A stretch of 64,000 bases of DNA from Candidatus Dormiibacterota bacterium (GTDB taxonomy: Bacteria; Chloroflexota; Dormibacteria; Aeolococcales; Aeolococcaceae). The notes beneath the pieces were generated by a model that searched no databases, was not told the origin of the DNA, and worked only from the letters and a program-made list of their open reading frames with translations. The position numbers and the translations under genes were made by a program. Numbering within the stretch: position 1 is the first letter of the stretch; each line of letters begins with the position of its first letter. Shown piece by piece: positions 62,528-64,000 of this stretch. The stretch is from positions 64,001 through 128,000 of the forward strand of contig CAVPXI010000007.1 of NCBI GenBank assembly GCA_963709585.1, given 5' to 3'.

Positions 62528-63089
62528 GTGGCAACCGGCGGCGAGACACCGGCGACACGCCCGCTCGAGGGCGAGGACATCCAGACGGAGCACTGGGAAG
62601 ACGCTCGCCACTGGATGAGCATCTACGATGACCTGATCCGTTTCAAGCTGGGCCTGCTCGAGCGCGTGAAACGCGAACTGCCCAAGCTGCATCCGGTGGC
62701 GCAGACCGCCGCCGACGAGGACATCGGCTTCATCGAAGCGCAGATGGCGGGGTACTACGCCCGCCTTGACCTCTGGTATCAACGAGTTCTGGCAACTCCA
62801 GGGCCTCTGGCTCGACCCGAACGGACGCGTCGTGCGCCACAAGGGGCAGGAGGCCGTTCTGACCCATCGGGAGTTCGAGCTCCTGCAGTTCCTCCTGGAT
62901 CATCCCCATCGCTTTTACACGGCGGCGCAGATCACCGGGCTGGCGTGGTCGGATGCCGCGCTCTTCCCCGAGGAGGTCCGAAACTATGTTCTGCGCATCA
63001 GGAAGATCCTCGCGCGTCTCGCGATCCCCTGCGACCTGGTGAACAAGCCCGGTAAGGGCTACTCGCTGACCTTCCGGAATACCGAGTAG
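62528..63089 (+). CDS. Unknown helical domain fused to an OmpR/PhoB-type winged-helix DNA-binding domain; apparent frameshift near 62787
   Basis: N-part LEGEDIQTEHWEDARHW; C-part LTHREFELLQFL, EVRNYVLRIRKIL, NKPGKGY; TATAGT 7 nt before the GTG. Confidence 0.78.
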
Positions 63090-63122
63090 CCGACCTCAGG
63101 CGAAGCGTCCATCGCCGCTACG

Positions 63123-64000
63123 ATGGCCGTGGTGAGCACCCTGACCCCTTCCACCGGCAGCGTCGACCTCGACGCGCTCGTCACCTCGTGGAGTGCAGCC
63201 AACTACCTGACCGTCGCCCAGATCTACCTCCAGGCGAACCCGCTCCTCCGGGAGCCGCTCACCGCCGAGCACATCAAGCCGCGGCTGCTCGGGCACTGGG
63301 GAACATCACCGGCACTGAGCCTGATCTATGTCCAGCTCAACCGTCTGATCCAGCAGCGCGACTGCGATGTGCTCTACATCGCCGGTCCCGGTCACGGCGG
63401 CCCGGCAATCGTCGCCAACGTCTACCTCGAAGGCACGTACTCGGAGATCTACCCCGCGGTCTCGCTCGATGAGCCCGGGCTGCTCCGGCTCGTCCGTCAG
63501 TTCTCGACACCGGGCGGCATCCCCAGCCACGTGAGTGTCCCGACCCCGGGTTCCATCCACGAGGGCGGTGAGCTGGGCTACGCGCTGGCACATGGGTTCG
63601 GGGCAGTTTTCGACAATCCCGACCTGATCGCGGCGTGTGTCGTCGGCGACGGCGAGGCCGAGACCGGCCCGCTCGAAGGATCGTGGAAGGGGGTGAGCTT
63701 CCTCGACCCGCGGCGTGACGGCGCCGTGCTGCCGATCCTGCAGCTCAACGGGTACAAGATCAGCGGGCCCACGGTTCTCGGGCGCGCTCGCGAGCAGGAC
63801 GTCAGCGGATTGCTGGGCGCCCATGGATACGATGTGCGCATCGTCGCCGGCGACGACCCGCGTGGCGTGCACGAGGAGTTCGCGCAGACTCTCGACGCCT
63901 GCTATGAGCGGATTCGCGAGATCCAGTCGGCGGCGCGCAGCGGCGCACGTGCGGAGCGCGCCGCGTGGCCCGCGATCGTGCTGCGCACTCCCAAAGGCTG
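63123..64000 (+). CDS. xfp: Phosphoketolase, 3' truncated by the window
   Basis: Translated by hand: [60 protein letters not shown]. Confidence 0.93.
   Translation, partial: MAVVSTLTPSTGSVDLDALVTSWSAANYLTVAQIYLQANPLLREPLTAEHIKPRLLGHWGTSPALSLIYVQLNRLIQQRDCDVLYIAGPGHGGPAIVANVYLEGTYSEIYPAVSLDEPGLLRLVRQFSTPGGIPSHVSVPTPGSIHEGGELGYALAHGFGAVFDNPDLIAACVVGDGEAETGPLEGSWKGVSFLDPRRDGAVLPILQLNGYKISGPTVLGRAREQDVSGLLGAHGYDVRIVAGDDPRGVHEEFAQTLDACYERIREIQSAARSGARAERAAWPAIVLRTPKG

Overview
This is a high-GC, gene-dense bacterial window from a soil-type heterotroph. Gene style and F420 content suggest an Actinomycetota/Chloroflexota-like or Ca. Dormibacterota genome (inference only). In order it contains: a protocatechuate/beta-ketoadipate (pca) operon with divergent pobA plus an intradiol dioxygenase; an uncharacterised DeoR-controlled locus (APC permease, nucleotidyltransferase-like protein, two BtpA/SgcQ paralogs, metallophosphoesterase, FGGY kinase, EryC-like epimerase); an F420 cluster (ddn-like, cofC-cofE-cofD, PPOX-class, fgd) interrupted by an IS110 element; a GGDEF-EAL-REC protein; aminotransferase-glcDEF genes; a GH63-like glucosidase; hppD and paa genes enclosing a 2-oxoacid dehydrogenase and ilvE; and the start of a phosphoketolase. 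Three observations stand out. (1) The IS110 element is complete and its ~225-nt non-coding end reads as a bridge RNA, with guide segments matching both its own circle junction and its insertion site around a TCTA core. (2) A divergent gene pair at 62.1-63.1 kb encodes two paralogs of an unrecognised helical domain, one free and one fused to an OmpR-type winged helix. (3) About half of the roughly 16 apparent frameshifts are the same +1 insertion, GAGTC to GAGTTC, which points to long-read errors at a methylated motif rather than pseudogenes. No rRNA, tRNA or CRISPR array was seen.
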